Assembly: GCF_964194025.1 (NCBI RefSeq)
Contig: NC_134468.1
Span: forward strand, 47,616,001 to 47,680,000
Direction of reading: 5' to 3'
Length of the DNA: 64,000 nucleotides
Origin: Convolutriloba macropyga
Lineage: Eukaryota
The stretch's first letter is position 1; each line of letters opens with the position of its first letter. The notes beneath the pieces are model-generated. The model had not been told where the DNA came from and did no database searches. It saw nothing but the letters and a program-made list of their open reading frames with translations. Made by a program: the position numbers and the translations under genes. Of this stretch, positions 1 through 13,593 are shown one piece after another.

Positions 1-3000
1 TTGCTTGGCATATATTTTCTCAGTTTTCGAAAAATGTTGAAGCTACTCGACTTCGGAGAAGTTTTATAAGCAAGTGTAAACAAGTAAGAACTCCTTCACC
101 CATCTGCTGATCTATTATACATCTGGCAAAACATGAAAAATAGAAGCTGAACTAAATACGTAAACTTAACTAAAACAAATGTAGATTCATCATTAACGCA
201 GATAAATCACCGATAGATACCGCTAACACGATTGCTGAACTTCGTTTGAGAGCAATCAATAAGAATTTTGTAGGAACCAAAACTAAGACTAAGTAGTTAC
301 AGAATCGGGTTTCTTTTTTCACTTCCACTTGCAAAAAGGGTGAAGTGACAGAAAAGAAACTTGCCGGGCATATATATCTCCATTTATTGGAAAAAGTTGG
401 ATCGAAAAGTGTGTCGAGCCAAACAGGGATTATATCTTTTGACAAAAAGTAAAAAAAAACTTAGTTCCTGCAAATACCTCTTATTTCTGAAATCAATAGT
501 AAAAATTTGCTAATTTTGCTTATAGTACACATATGCTTATAGTACACTTGCAAAACGAATCATTCAGACGCAGAAAAATTTCTCCATCGTGTTGATGAAA
601 GCCATGGAGATTATCCAAAATAACTCAAGATGCTCCCAACTTCTACGCAAGGCACAAAATGCTCCAACAACAGGCGAAGCTTCCGGTATCTTTTTCCGAC
701 TTGCTTAATGACATTAAAATATACAGGGCTGCTATCTACAGTTACAAGCTGACAATCAAAACTTCGGGGATGAATATTCTGAACAAACTGATTTTTATGA
801 CGTTCAATGGAATTCTCATTCGCACCTCATCCACTACAATTACCTGTTGTAACAGAAGATGAAAAGCAGTCACATGCTACAAGCTCATAATCGACTTACA
901 ACCAAGAAAATTGTCATAACGGATAAACAATTGTGAAAGCTTCTTTGAACTACAGCTCCCCAGCGATAGGAAATCAAATAAGTGATTAAACCATCATGCG
1001 ACGTCAACCTATTGTGCCAGCACCTAGCCATTAACCTTAAATCAGACTAAAAAATCTCAAAGAGGCACATTGTTCTTTTTAAAGATATTTAAATATTGTT
1101 CATATAAAGAGTCGCAGTGTTCTTTTTGAGGACGCACAGTATCATGTAACAGAATTGATATGAATTGTATTTCTGTATTGGTTAAAACAAAAAGATATAT
1201 GTGAAAGGAAAGTAGCGGGTTTGTTGGATTGGCATAATAAAAGTTCTGAAGAAAAAGTTGGATGAGGAATTGGAAGAGATAGAAAAATAGAATAAAGTAC
1301 TTGCAAGAATTTGTTTCAAATTTTAAAGGAGTTCCTCAGAAGCTGCATCTGATAAAGAAAGAACAGATATAAAATAGATAGAAGAGGTGAATCGCATACC
1401 TGGAGACTAATAAACCGTATGGCTTCAAGAAACATAATGCTCTGCAGGTTCACCGTTTAACCCGTATTTGAGGGCGAAGAGTCACATTCAGACGAAAAGA
1501 ACCAGACTGAAAAATAGTTTTACAAAAAATTGCATTAAAAGAACATCTGTTCTAACATGATTGCCTGGCATATATTTTCTCAAGTGTCAACAAGAAGAAC
1601 TCCTTAACCGATCTGCTGATCTATTACAGATCTGCCATAACAAGAACTATAAAAGCTGAACTAAACATGTATATTTAACTAAAACAAATATAGATTCATC
1701 AGTCACGCAGATACATCACCGATAGATACCGCTAACATGATTGCTAAACTTCGTTTGAGAGCAATTAAGAATTTTATAGGAACCAAAACAAAGACTAAGT
1801 AGTTACAGGATCGGGTTTCTTTTTTCAATTCCACTTGCAAACAGGGTGAAAAGTTACAGAAGAAAAGAAACTTGCCGGGCATATAAATTTCCATTTTTTT
1901 GAAAAACGTTGGATCGAATATTGTGTCCAGCCCAACAGGGATTATATCTGAGAAAAACCAACAAACTTAGTTCCTGAAATTAAAAGTAAACAGTTGCTAC
2001 TTTTGCTTATAGTACACTATTGCTTATAGAACACTTGCAAAACGAATCATTCAGACGCAGACCAATTGCTCAATCGTATTGATGAAAGCCATGGAGATTA
2101 CCCAAAATAATTCAAGAACATTATTGACAACTTCTACGCGAGGCACCAAATGCTCCAACTACAGGCGAGTCCTCTGGTACCTTTTTCTGACTTGCTCGAC
2201 GACCTTAAAATGTACAGGGTTGCTACCTACAGTTACAAGCTGACAATCAAAACTTTGGGGATGAACATTGCGAACAAACTGATTTTTATGGCAATCAATG
2301 GAATTCTCATTCGCACCTCATCCATTACAATTACCTGTTAAAACAGAAGAAAAGCAGTCACATGCTACAAGCTGATAATCGACTTACAACCAAGAAAATT
2401 GTCATAACGGATAAACAATTGTCAAAGCTTCTTTGAACTACAGCTCCCCAGCGATAGGAAATCAAATAAGTGATTAAACCATCATGCGACGTCAACCTAT
2501 TGTGCCAGCACCTAGCCATTAACCTTAAATCAGACTAAAAAATCTCAAAGAGGCACATTGTTCTTTTTAAAGATATTTAAATATTGTTCATATAAAGAGT
2601 CGCAGTGTTCTTTTTGAGGACGCACAGTATCATGTAACAGAATTGATATGAATTGTATTTCTGTATTGGTTAAAACAAAAAGATATATGTGAAAGGAAAG
2701 TAGCGGGTTTGTTGGATTGGCATACTAAAAGTTTTGAAGAAAAAGTTGGATGAGGAATTGGAAGAGATAGAAAAATAGAATAAAGTACTTGCAAGAAGCT
2801 GTTTCAAATTTTAAAGGAGTTCCTCAGAAGCTGCATCTGATAAAGAAACAACAGATATAAAATAGATAGAAGAGGTGAATCGCATACCTGGAGACTATTA
2901 AACCGTATGGCTTCAAGAAACATAATGCTCTGCAGGTTCACCGTTTAACCCGTATTTGAGGGCGAAGAGTCACATTCAGACGAAAAGAACCAGACTGAAA

Positions 3001-4905
3001 AATAGTTTTACAAAAAATTGCATTAAAAGAACATCTGTTCTAACATGATTGCCTGGCATATATTTTCTCAAGTGTCAACAAGTAAGAACTCCTTAACCGA
3101 TCTGCTGATCTATTACAGATCTGCCAAAACAAGAACTATAAAAGCTGAACTAAACATGTATATTTAACTAAAACAAATATAGATTCATCAGTAACGCAGA
3201 TACATCACCGATAGCTACCGCTAACATGATTGCTAAACTTCGTTTGAGAGCAATTAAGAATTTTATAGGAACCAAAACAAAGACTAAGTAGTTACAGGAT
3301 CGGGTTTCTTTTTTCAATTCCACTTGCAAACAGGGTGAAAAGTTACAGAAGAAAAGAAACTTGCCGGGCATATAAATTTCCATTTTTTTGAAAAACGTTG
3401 GATCGAATATTGTGTCCAGCCCAACAGGGATTATATCTGAGAAAAACCAACAACCTTAGTTCCTGAAATTAAAAGTAAACAGTTGCTACTTTTGCTTATA
3501 GTACACTATTGCTTATAGAACACTTGCAAAACGAATCATTCAGACGCAGACCAATTGCTCAATCGTATTGATGAAAGCCATGGAGATTACCCAAAATAAT
3601 TCAAGAACATTTTTGACAACTTCCACGCAAGGCACCAAATGCTCCAACTACAGGCGAGTCCTCTGGTACCTTTTTCTGACTTGCTCGACGACCTTAAAAT
3701 GTACAGGGTTGCTACCTACAGTTACAAGCAGACAATCAAAACTTCGGGGATGAATATTGCGAACAAACTGATTTTTATGACATTCAATAGAATTCTTATT
3801 CGGAACTCTTCCACTACGATTAACTGTTGTAACAGAAGATAAAAAGCAGTCACATGCTAAAAGATCTTAATCGACTCACAACTAAAAAAAATTGTCATCA
3901 AGGATAAACAATTGTCAAAGCTTCTTGGAACTACAGCTCCGCAGCGATAGGAAATCGAATAAGTGATTGAACCATTATGCGACTTCAATTTATTGTGCCA
4001 GCAGCTAGCCATTAATCTTAAATCAGACTAAAAAAATCCCAAAGAGGCACATTGTTCTTTCTAAAGAGATTTTAATATTGTTCATATAAAGAGTCGCATT
4101 GTTCTTTCTGAGGACACGCAGTGTCATCTAAAAAAAATGATATGAATTGTATTTCTGTACTGGTTGAAACAAAAAGATGTATATACAAGCAATGTGACGG
4201 GTTTGTTGGATTGGCTTACTAAAAGTTTTGACGAAAAAGTTGGATGAGGAATTGGAAGAGATAGAAAAATGAGAATAAAAGTTGCAAACAATTGTTTCAA
4301 ATTTTAAAGGAGTTGCTCAGAAGCTGCATATGAGAAAGAAAGAACAGAAATAATATAGAAAGAAGAGGTGAATCGCATACCCTGAGACTATTGAACCGTA
4401 TGGCTTCAAGCAACATAATGCCCTCCGGGTTCACCGTTTATCCCGTATTTAAGAGAGAAGAGTCACATATTCAAACGAGAAGAATCAGACGGAAAGTTGG
4501 TTTTACAAAAAATTGCATCAAAAGAACATCAGTTCTATCATGATTGCCTGACATATATTTTCTCACTTTTTGAAAAAAGTTGGATCAGAAAGCTTGTCAA
4601 GCCCAACTGGGATAATATGGTCTATCGTGATGTGCAACTTTGAATCGACACTTTTCGAGAAATGTGGCATTCTTAATATCTCCCGCTCATTCCGACCAAA
4701 AAGCCGCTTTCAACTCGCGGAAGGTACTCGACTTCGGAGAAGTTTTATAAGCAAGTGTAAACAAGTAAGAACTCCTTTACCCATCTGCTTATCTATTACA
4801 CATCTGCCAAAACATGAACTATGGAAGCTGAACTAAATATGTAAATTTAACTAAAACAAATATAGATTCATCATTAACGCAGATATATCACCGATAGATA
4901 CCGCT
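1..4905. repeat. ~1.49-kb tandem repeat, about 3.3 units (unit starts near 1, 1561, 3049, 4544), origin unidentified
   Basis: The motif ttgc(c/t)tg(g/a)catatattttct recurs at 1, 1561, 3049 and 4544. Near-identical short ORFs recur at 659/2150/3639 (+) and 1703/3168 (-). Confidence 0.95.
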
Positions 4906-4967
4906 GAAATGAAAAAAATTAACGTTCAATATTCGAAATTAACTTAACTACTTTGTGCAACAACCCA

Positions 4968-5666
4968 TTAGCTAGATCTGAATAGAGGCGTCACCGCAGT
5001 ACGCACTCTAACGAGAGAATTCTCAGCAAACTGATGCAGGAAATGAGGGGTACAGTAGAGTTCAGCCCACTTGAGGAGCGTTTCGGCAAGACGGGGAAAG
5101 TTATCCATGCAAACATATTGGCGAAAAGAGTCGTACAAACGATCCATGACTTCCCTAAATACTGCAAACGCTTGCACTTGCGACACTGATCTCGGATTAG
5201 TCTCGCTGTTATTCGAATTGATGACGGATGAGCATATATGTTTCATAGTTCCTGCAGCCACTAAATCTCTTTCAATTTGAGCTTTCTCTTCTCGGAGCGA
5301 TTTTATGTCGTTTTCAAGAGAATCAATATACGCAGATGCCCGAGTAAGAATATTTGCATGACTAAGTTTTGAGGTTTCAGTTTGACTGCATCCTCGTAGA
5401 CACATTTGCGCGAGTTTGTCGTACCCGGTTTTAATCATATCACGTCTCTTCTTCTCTGAAGCAGTTTGGAGAGGTCGCTTTACCTCGCCATCAGCATCAT
5501 CAGAGTTTTGATTCATTTCATTTACGAATGACTGATCATTCATGTCCTCGGTTTTGAAGTTGAGGAAGGACAACACATGCTGGTTATGTATCTCGTGATC
5601 GTTCTCTGGCTGAAGCGAGTCAAAATGACGCAAGCCAGAGGGCTGACTCATGTGAGTCTCACTCAT
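4968..5666 (-). CDS. MLX: Max-like protein X (MLX)-type bHLH-leucine zipper transcription factor, intronless CDS
   Basis: 232-aa ORF with bHLH (SEKKRRDMIKTGYDKL...KLSHANILTRASAYIDSL), a zipper, and the MLX-type C-terminal DCD region (VSQVQAFAVFREVMDRLYDSF...LLKWAELYCTPHFL). Confidence 0.85.
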   Translation of the reverse strand: MSETHMSQPSGLRHFDSLQPENDHEIHNQHVLSFLNFKTEDMNDQSFVNEMNQNSDDADGEVKRPLQTASEKKRRDMIKTGYDKLAQMCLRGCSQTETSKLSHANILTRASAYIDSLENDIKSLREEKAQIERDLVAAGTMKHICSSVINSNNSETNPRSVSQVQAFAVFREVMDRLYDSFRQYVCMDNFPRLAETLLKWAELYCTPHFLHQFAENSLVRVRTAVTPLFRSS

Positions 5667-5749
5667 AATTTCTGCAAACTAATTTGGGAATAGAGAAATG
5701 CTCATTACGACAACACAAGATAAAAATACAGATATGTGACACAATCTAT

Positions 5750-5960
5750 ATCATAGAAGTCATGTTTGACACCATCTATAGTAGAGTCAAAAATCATCTA
5801 AATGAAAGTCAGCATGGTTTTCGCAAACGCAGGTCTACGACAGTTCAACTTCTGCTGTTCCTAGACCAATAAGATGACTAAAATTATTTTTAAAAAATTT
5901 ACATTAACTTTCAGTACTTTACCCCAGCGTTCGAAACGGTTCCTCACGACATTCTGTTTG
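5750..5960 (+). mobile_element. CR1/L2-like LINE reverse transcriptase fragment
   Basis: HLNESQHGFRKRRSTTVQLLLFLD followed by ..AFETVPHDIL in a shifted frame (RT motifs 2-3). Confidence 0.75.
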
Positions 5961-6189
5961 AGATCAATTTTTTGGAAAGGTAAATTAAGAAATGCCCCTA
6001 CCCAACACTGGGAGAATATTGGCTGGTCCGGGGCCCTCCCAGCACTACGTCTTCAAAAAGCATTTCGTATTGTTTAATTCTTCCAATAAAATGATAATAG
6101 ATTCAAACAATACGAAAAGTTATGGCATACACTGCCAGGAAACGCCCATAAGATTGACAGAATCTATGAGAGATCTGTCACTGGCGCGC

Positions 6190-8640
6190 AAACTTCAAAA
6201 TACTGAACAAAAACAAAGCAAAGCAGAAGTTCGTTGAATGCTTTGATAAAATAGTTTGCAGAAAGAGGCATCTATGAAGAACTTTCATTGAAGTTTGCCG
6301 CTATCTTCCCCAACCTGGTTCTTTTTGTGTGAAACCGACAAGCCACGGGTCACTTACCACTACACTCGCCCGACGTCTACAGTTATGGTGCCAAGGCCAC
6401 CTCGACGAGCTTCTTCTGGAAACTAGAGCTCTGCAGTATAAATTTCGTAAGACCCATAAAAAGGCAAATTGATAAAGTGAAACAGTTCAACAACTTCATG
6501 GAGACCGGAAAATTTTTGAATGCCATCAAGTGTCTCACTGGTGAACAATCGTCCGGGATTTTATCGCCAAAGGATACAATTAACGGAGCTCTATAAGAAG
6601 TGGTCGAAGAGAAATACCCCACTCAATCCCAAGTAAACCTCAATTACATAGTTGACGAAGCCACTAGTTTGAGTCAATCCCGTACCACCCTGCAATCTTC
6701 AAAAACATAGGCGCATCGTCAGTGAAAAGAGCAGCCTTGAAAACTCATGCCAGCCACGGAACGTACTGTTTAGACGAAAACGAGTAGAGAAGAATTTTCA
6801 CTTGTTTCAAAGAAGTTTCAGCAAGCAAAGTGAAAACGTTAGCCGGAATTGCTATTCGTCTGGCAACTGAAAAAGCGTCTGACAACAATCTCGTAAGTGT
6901 ACAACGCATGCAGAATAGTCCCCTCAAACAAAAACCCGGGTGTTCGAACAATTGGCGTAGAAGTTCTTAGTCGCACCATAGACAAATTCATCACCAAGCG
7001 TATCGATGAACTCCAATTCTTGGGCGGCAACACACAATTTTACCTAAGCCAAAAGTACACAGGGATTGAACACTCAATTCATTCTCTGCGCTCGCAGTGT
7101 AAAAAACTGAAAATGAAGCTGCTCTACTAATGGATGCAAAAATGCCTTCAACTGCCTCAATCATAAATTGTCATTTGAAAATATCAAGAGGATTTGCCCC
7201 GCCATGAGTTTTGTTGTTCACACCCATATACAGGCCCGTCAAATTTATACGTCGAAGGTAAAGCAATGCAATCCATAGAAGGCAAAACTCAAGGCGACTC
7301 ATTGTTTTGGCTATGTATGGAGTAGCCACCCTCCCTTGCTCATGCTTTTCCAGAATACGCACTTGACGCAAAAAATGTACGCAGCCGATTGAAGCGCAGC
7401 AAGACGCATGAAGGACATACTCTTGTTCTTCATACAACTCACTGAACATTATCGCTATTTTGGCTACATCGTGAACACCCCCGAAATGTTTTTAATATTA
7501 AAAGAGGCTTCAAAGATCAAAGCTCTCAGGTTGTCTGAGGGTACGGAAATTGAAATTGTTGTCGGTTTTCGTGTTCTAGGATCTGTAACAGGCAAAGAGA
7601 AAGCACTTGAGAAATTCAATATAACCACAAATGGAAAATATTCCAGTTTGTTGAAATAATTGGGGCTGGTAGCAAGGACATCCCCTCAAAACGCTTATAA
7701 ATGCCTCATATGATGCCTTTGCTACCAACCCTCGAGGGCGCACATAACATCAAGGAGCCAACAGATTACGAAATGGAGTACGCCCGCATGCGCTCTTCTG
7801 AAAATGAGGATCTAGCAATTGCTCAAATCACCCAAGAGCGCATTCGATGACCACATGCGCTCTTCCTGAAGATGAAGATCTAGCTAATTCTCATCTTACC
7901 CAAGAACGCATAGCGCAAAACCAACGAAAACCACGCCTGAATAAATTTCGATCGAGTGGAATGATATTATGGAAAGACACAGACCGAGCAACGCCATGTG
8001 ATAGAAATGTCTCTGGAAAAAGTACCTCGAACTGGCTCAGCTATACCGCTTAAACGTTACGGTTTCACACTAACTAAGCCCAAATTTAGAGACGTGCTCA
8101 GCTTTATATATAACATCGGAGCCAAGGAATGCCCATTAATCCGAGAATTTTTTGCTAAGATCATGGAAGACTTTGGCTGTGATGTTGAGATTGAGCCGGA
8201 TCTTCAGTTGCTTCAAGGCGAGTCTTATATACACAAAATTTTGGCACTGATGAAAAGAAGATAATAAAAATTAAAACGAATGGCCTATGGAGCAGGTTCA
8301 ACCGTTTCTTCTTCGACGTATAGTCATGCAAAAAAAACTCCGTAGAATGTTACAAATATCATGAGTCGTTGAAGTGCCTCAATAATGAGCAACGTATACT
8401 TGATGTCGAGAAGAGTTGTCTTGTTCCAGTCGTGTTTTCCTGCATGGCGGGCGTAGAAACCTCTGCAAGGCACACTATTAATCCACTAGCTAGCAAAGTA
8501 CTTGGACGCAATAACGTACATAAGCACGAGAATAGGTTTCTCTGCAGCGCTATCATATGCCTCAGAGGATGCCGTAGTTCCAAATGAACGACTGACATTC
8601 ATATTTCTGGCAATGCCATAGTCCGGTAGGGGAAACTAGG
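6190..8640 (+). mobile_element. Decayed CRE-clade non-LTR retrotransposon (RT + restriction-like endonuclease)
   Basis: Frame-broken motifs: KNPGVRTIGVEVL, GIEHSIH, DAKNAFN, QGD..LAMYG, GFRVLGSV, PLKRYGFTLTK..FRD, EPDLQLLQGE, VEKSCLVPVVFSCMAG, AIICLRGCR. Confidence 0.85.
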
Positions 8641-8904
8641 TTCATAACAATTTAATTTGTTTGCCGAAGTTCTAAAAGAGTTATAGTGCCTTTATTGTGT
8701 TTTTCGATGCTATGAGCATGTATATTTCCGGTAAATATACACAAGAAGCTGTGAGGTTTTATAGTGGGGCTCACTGTTCCTTCCAATAGGTGGATCACAC
8801 CCCCGTTTTTTGGCACCCCCAAACATCAGCTGAAAAAGTAAAACAAAAGACAGACAGGATTACAAAACAAACAAAAAATGACAAAAATGATGAGTCAAAC
8901 TAAC

Positions 8905-11340
8905 AACCTCCCTTTTTCAAACCACAACTCCCATCAAGGCATCAACAATTTTGCGCAATATAGGTGTCCATGATCCACGAATGCAGAGGATGGAACTCCT
9001 CAGGAGAGAAAGACTGATTTTTGTGCTTAGATATGATATATCATCTTAGCGGTTCAGTTTTCGAGCAGAGAGTTTTGATGCCAGTTGTTTAAGCGCTTTT
9101 GAAGCTGATGGCCAGCTCGAACAGTGCATGCGAAGACAAGCGATCGAAATGTTGCTTTAATAAACTCAAATTTTCTTTGTTCATATTTGTTCTTTTTAAT
9201 AGATTCATGGTTTTGTAGGCTTCGCTACTGCTTTCAGGACACTTTTTTGCCAGTGGGTTGAAAATATTCAAAACAAAATATTTTTTGTTGAACCTCAATT
9301 CCCAAAGTCCGTTGGTCTTGATATCTAATTTTGCATCATCATCTGTTGTCGTTGATTTAAGAGCAAAGGTTCCCCTGCAACTGCTGAAGATGAGGTTCGA
9401 TCTCGACATCATGTCAGACATGGCTGAACAAGTTCAATGGTATAGCGTTCAAACAGCTTGATGCTGCTTTTTTACTAGATAAGTCAAGCGAGAGAATCTT
9501 GTTCCTATTCAAAATTCAAGAGCCCCCTTGTCTGATGTGTTAGCTGGATTTTTTTCCTTATTTTTCTTGTACGATTTCTTGATAAGGGACTTAACAGTTG
9601 AACTGGTGCTTCATCTTCTTTAAAGCGGCTTTCAGGGTTCAAGGATGTTCAGGCCATCCTCCTTTATCGGCAACAAAAAATATTCTGATATGTTTGGTTG
9701 TACGTGATATTCTTTAATAGATTAGGTTATAGCTCATCGCTGGTTGATTTCTCATATTCTTTTAACAGTTGTTCAATATTAAGTGTTGTACGAGCTGAAA
9801 AGAAGGTCAATTTATGCTGAACCGATGATATGAACGTTTTCTAAACATTTTGAGGTGAAACATCGGCATGAGCGGCCATTTTTATAACAACAATTTATGC
9901 TTTTTTAGTGATCTTTCTAAAAAAACTTTTTCTGCATTATCAGAACCTAATACACTACCAAGTACTCTACAACCGTCAACTTTTTCCACTTCGTCGTGAA
10001 CAAAATTATGCTGTGCTTTTTCAAATTGATGTCCTTGGCAATGATGTGACATTTGGTTAAGATGATAACCGAACGCAGGACCATGTTTTTCTAAAGGCTT
10101 TTCCATTTTATTATGAGCAGTCTTTCGCTTAATTTTTTTGAACTGTGAAGCAATTGTCAAAAAGCTTAATTATGGGGGAAAACTCAATTCTATACATCGA
10201 CAACCCTCCTGAGAGAAGATTGTTTGGTTTTTTTAAAAAAGTCAAGTTTAATTTTTCACGATATGAAGTATATATGGAATGATAGCGAGAAGGGCATTAT
10301 TTTTCGATGTTTCCTCAGGCAAAATCTTGGCTGAGACTATTAAAAACTTCTTTTGCGTCGATAAGCAAAATCGCCCCCTGAATCTGTTTTTAAAGCAGCT
10401 CTCAATGACTGGATTGCATGTTCAATTCCTCCTTTTTGACCTGTACATAGTTGCTGACCACCACCTAAAATATTAAGGTCGGTTTTAACACATTTGGCAA
10501 TAGTTCTTCCAATAAATTGACTGAGGACGTCTCCATTGCCTATCGGTCGTACATGGGGCATTTACTAAGAGCTATCAACCAACATAAATTAGATGGCGGA
10601 AGAAACGTCAAATGAGACGCAGCTATGCGTATTGCTAGTTAAGCAATCGATTTGCATGGATCTTTTGAGGACGACTTAAAGATGTCAAAATCCTTCGCCT
10701 TTTGTTGACAACCAGACCAAAAATACCATGGCTTCAATGCGTCTTCAAGGTAGACTTTCCAGCTATTGAGGCATTCAGGTTTTCAAATATGGATTGGTGT
10801 CATAGTAAGTTTTTTGGATGTTCATTGCTCACTAGATAATTCAAATTTGCTTTGCGTGATTCTGGATGTATCTGAATGTTCTGCATGAGGCAACACTATT
10901 GCGCAGTACATTGCGTTTTCTGCGTTAGAATCACTGAAAAAGGCAGAGAGAATTTCTTTGGTGTATCGGTGAAATTAAGGTCTGTTTTGTTTCTTGTCAG
11001 CGTAAAATAGACTGCTTTCCAAGGAACAACTTGATTGTAGATGTTTTTCATAAGCCCTTTTTTGCTTTCCTCGAAGTTCAGCCAGTAACTACAGGGCTTA
11101 TGACAAGTTTCCCTAAAAGCACGCAATTTCTGGCCATCGGCCGCTGCATGGCTTAGAGTTGTTGCCTTTGAAGAGATTATAGTTGCTTTTGTTTCGCAGC
11201 TTGCGCAGCGGAAGCTATCATGGTGTTCTTGGCTAGTGCTGAATCCGCTACACTTTACGTGCTGATAAGTGGCCCATGAGTAGCACAAAACTCCTCGCCG
11301 TCTGAGATGTATTGAACATTTTAAGCAGTAGTCTGAAAGG
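8905..11340 (-). mobile_element. Decayed CRE-clade non-LTR retrotransposon with an N-terminal PHD-like finger, tail-to-tail with the previous copy
   Basis: VRPIGNGDVL, QQLCTGQKGGIEHAI, GCRVLGSVLG, AKLDIKTNGLW..FNPLA, SLLRSSILCIRGS. N-terminus reads CLKC..CYSW..HVKC..CASC. Confidence 0.85.
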
Positions 11341-12044
11341 ATACGATTAACTAACGGGTGAAGAAATCAAACATGCGGGTTAAATAAAAAACAAATGAAC
11401 GGTTACCATAGAAAGACAAATGACATATTTACAGAAGTGATTAAAAGAGAGAGTGAAGTATGGGGACAAAATTTGAATAGGTGGAAGAATAAAGCTACTA
11501 ATTAATTTATATAGAGCATAATATAGATTTCTAATAGGATATTTTGTAAAACTATTATTTCTTGAGCCAATAGTTTTTGACGACAAAGATGACAAGTGGA
11601 TGAAGTTTTTTAGTAATTTTGATATTACTAGACTTCATTTCTGGAATACTTCCAATGTAACGGAAAACTTGAGACAATCAATTGTTTTCGATTTGAACGG
11701 TAACTTTTCTCCTTACTTCATTGATGTTTGAACATCGGAAACTTTTTTTTGCGAAAATTGAAGATCATATTTCAACTCCGAAAGAAAAATTTAGTGCTAA
11801 ACCACAACAATGAATCATAGTTATTAGGAACAAGGTACGAGTAACTAAACCTATAAAGTTTTAACTAATATCATATTTGACTAATCATATCAACTTTCCA
11901 GACTACAGATCAACGGTTTTTCTAGGAAATTCATTTTCATCAAACTTCCATGAAATGAAACTCTTTACCACGTGCAATGAGAAACCTTAAGAAGACTAAA
12001 ATTTCCTTCCCGGGTCGAATATCCTCAATGAAGTCCTCCCGTTT

Positions 12045-13310
12045 TGTTGTAAGAGTGTGGGGTATTTGTCTATTGGGGTAAATTGATGTAAGAGTAGTGG
12101 GGTAATTTGTTCTGATGGGGTAAAATGATGTAAGAGTTGGGCTGCAATAGGAGGTCTTTTGAGGAATTATCCCCCCTAACTCAATTTGGCATGTAAGAGT
12201 GGGATACAATAGGCTGCAATTGGAGGAATTTTGAGGAATTACCCCCAAACACCCTGACTAATATTGCCATGTAAGAGTGGGCCTCAATGGGCTGCAACGG
12301 GAGGATTTTTCAGGACTGACTGAAACTGCCATGTAACAGTGGGCTGCAATGGGAGGACTTGTGAGGAGTTACCCTCTGACTAAAAATGATATGTAAGAGT
12401 GGGCTGCAATGGGCTGCAATGGGAGGACTCTTCAGGAATGACCCCCATGACTAAAGTTGCCATGAAAGAGTGGGCTGCAATGGGTAAAGTGGTGTAAGAG
12501 TGAGGGGGTTATCTGTCCAGAGGGGGGCAAAATTAGCTAAGTTGAGCTGCCAAGGGGTGTAAAATGGTGTAAGAGTGAGGGGGTGATTTGTTCAGAGCAA
12601 GTAAAATAATGTAAGAGTTAGGTTGCCAAGGGGGGTAAAATGGTGTAACAGTGAGGGTGTAATTTGTTCTGAGGGGATAAAACGATGTAGGAGTGACGGG
12701 GTATTTTGTTGAGAGAGGGCAATTCCATTAAGTATTGTTCATATATATGCAGTCAAGAGCTGGACAAGCATTGATGGTCTGGAGGTTAGGGCAAAGCAGT
12801 TGAGGGTACAGAGGTTGTGGGCTCAAGACTGGCAATCTTCAGGTATGGGGGCTAAATCAATGTTAGATTGAGGGGCTAAAATGATGTAAGAGTTGAGCCG
12901 ACAGGGAGATAAGATGATGTAAGAGTGGGGCTGCAATGGGAGGATTTTTTAGGAAAACGTAGCTCAAAACTTACGTCTTTTTGGGCTGAATTGGGCTTCC
13001 AAGGGGGGTAAAATGGTGCAAAAGTGAGGGGGTAAAAGACAAATTAACCACCCAGTCACAAATCTTTTGGTCTGTCAAGTAGGGTACAACGATGTAAAGA
13101 TTGACGGTAACTTCCTCCTTACCTCCGAACTCTTACATCGTTTTAACCACAAAAAATTTAAGAGCGGGGTTAATTTGTCTCCTACCCCTCACTCTTGCAC
13201 CATTTTACCCCCGTTGGAAGCCCAGTGCAGCCCGAAAATATGTAAGAGTTTTCAGCTGCATTTTTTCTAAAAAATCTTCCCATTTCAGCTCCACTCTTAC
13301 GTCATTTTAG
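12045..13310. repeat. Degenerate G-rich minisatellite (core atgtaagagtgggctgcaatgggagga) with an inverted terminal arm
   Basis: Many recurrences of tgtaagagt(g/t)g. 13165-13310 is the reverse complement of ~12905-13053. Confidence 0.85.
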
Positions 13311-13593
13311 TTGGAAAAATCCAACCCGGATTGATAAATGTTTTACAGATTTATTAAATGAGCAGACATTGTCTTCAAAGTTTTATTGTTGCATTTGGTA
13401 GGATTTTCTCTTTATATGTCTCATCACTAACCTCGTCAACGGCTTTTTAATGATTGTTTGTACAAAGAAAATAAAAATATATTCTCTTTAATTTAATTGA
13501 GTGCACCTTCAAATTGAATAACGCATTGCTTTCAAACTTTAAATTGAATTCAAGTGCTTCTATCTCTCAGTTCCATTTCTCTATCCCAAGTTC

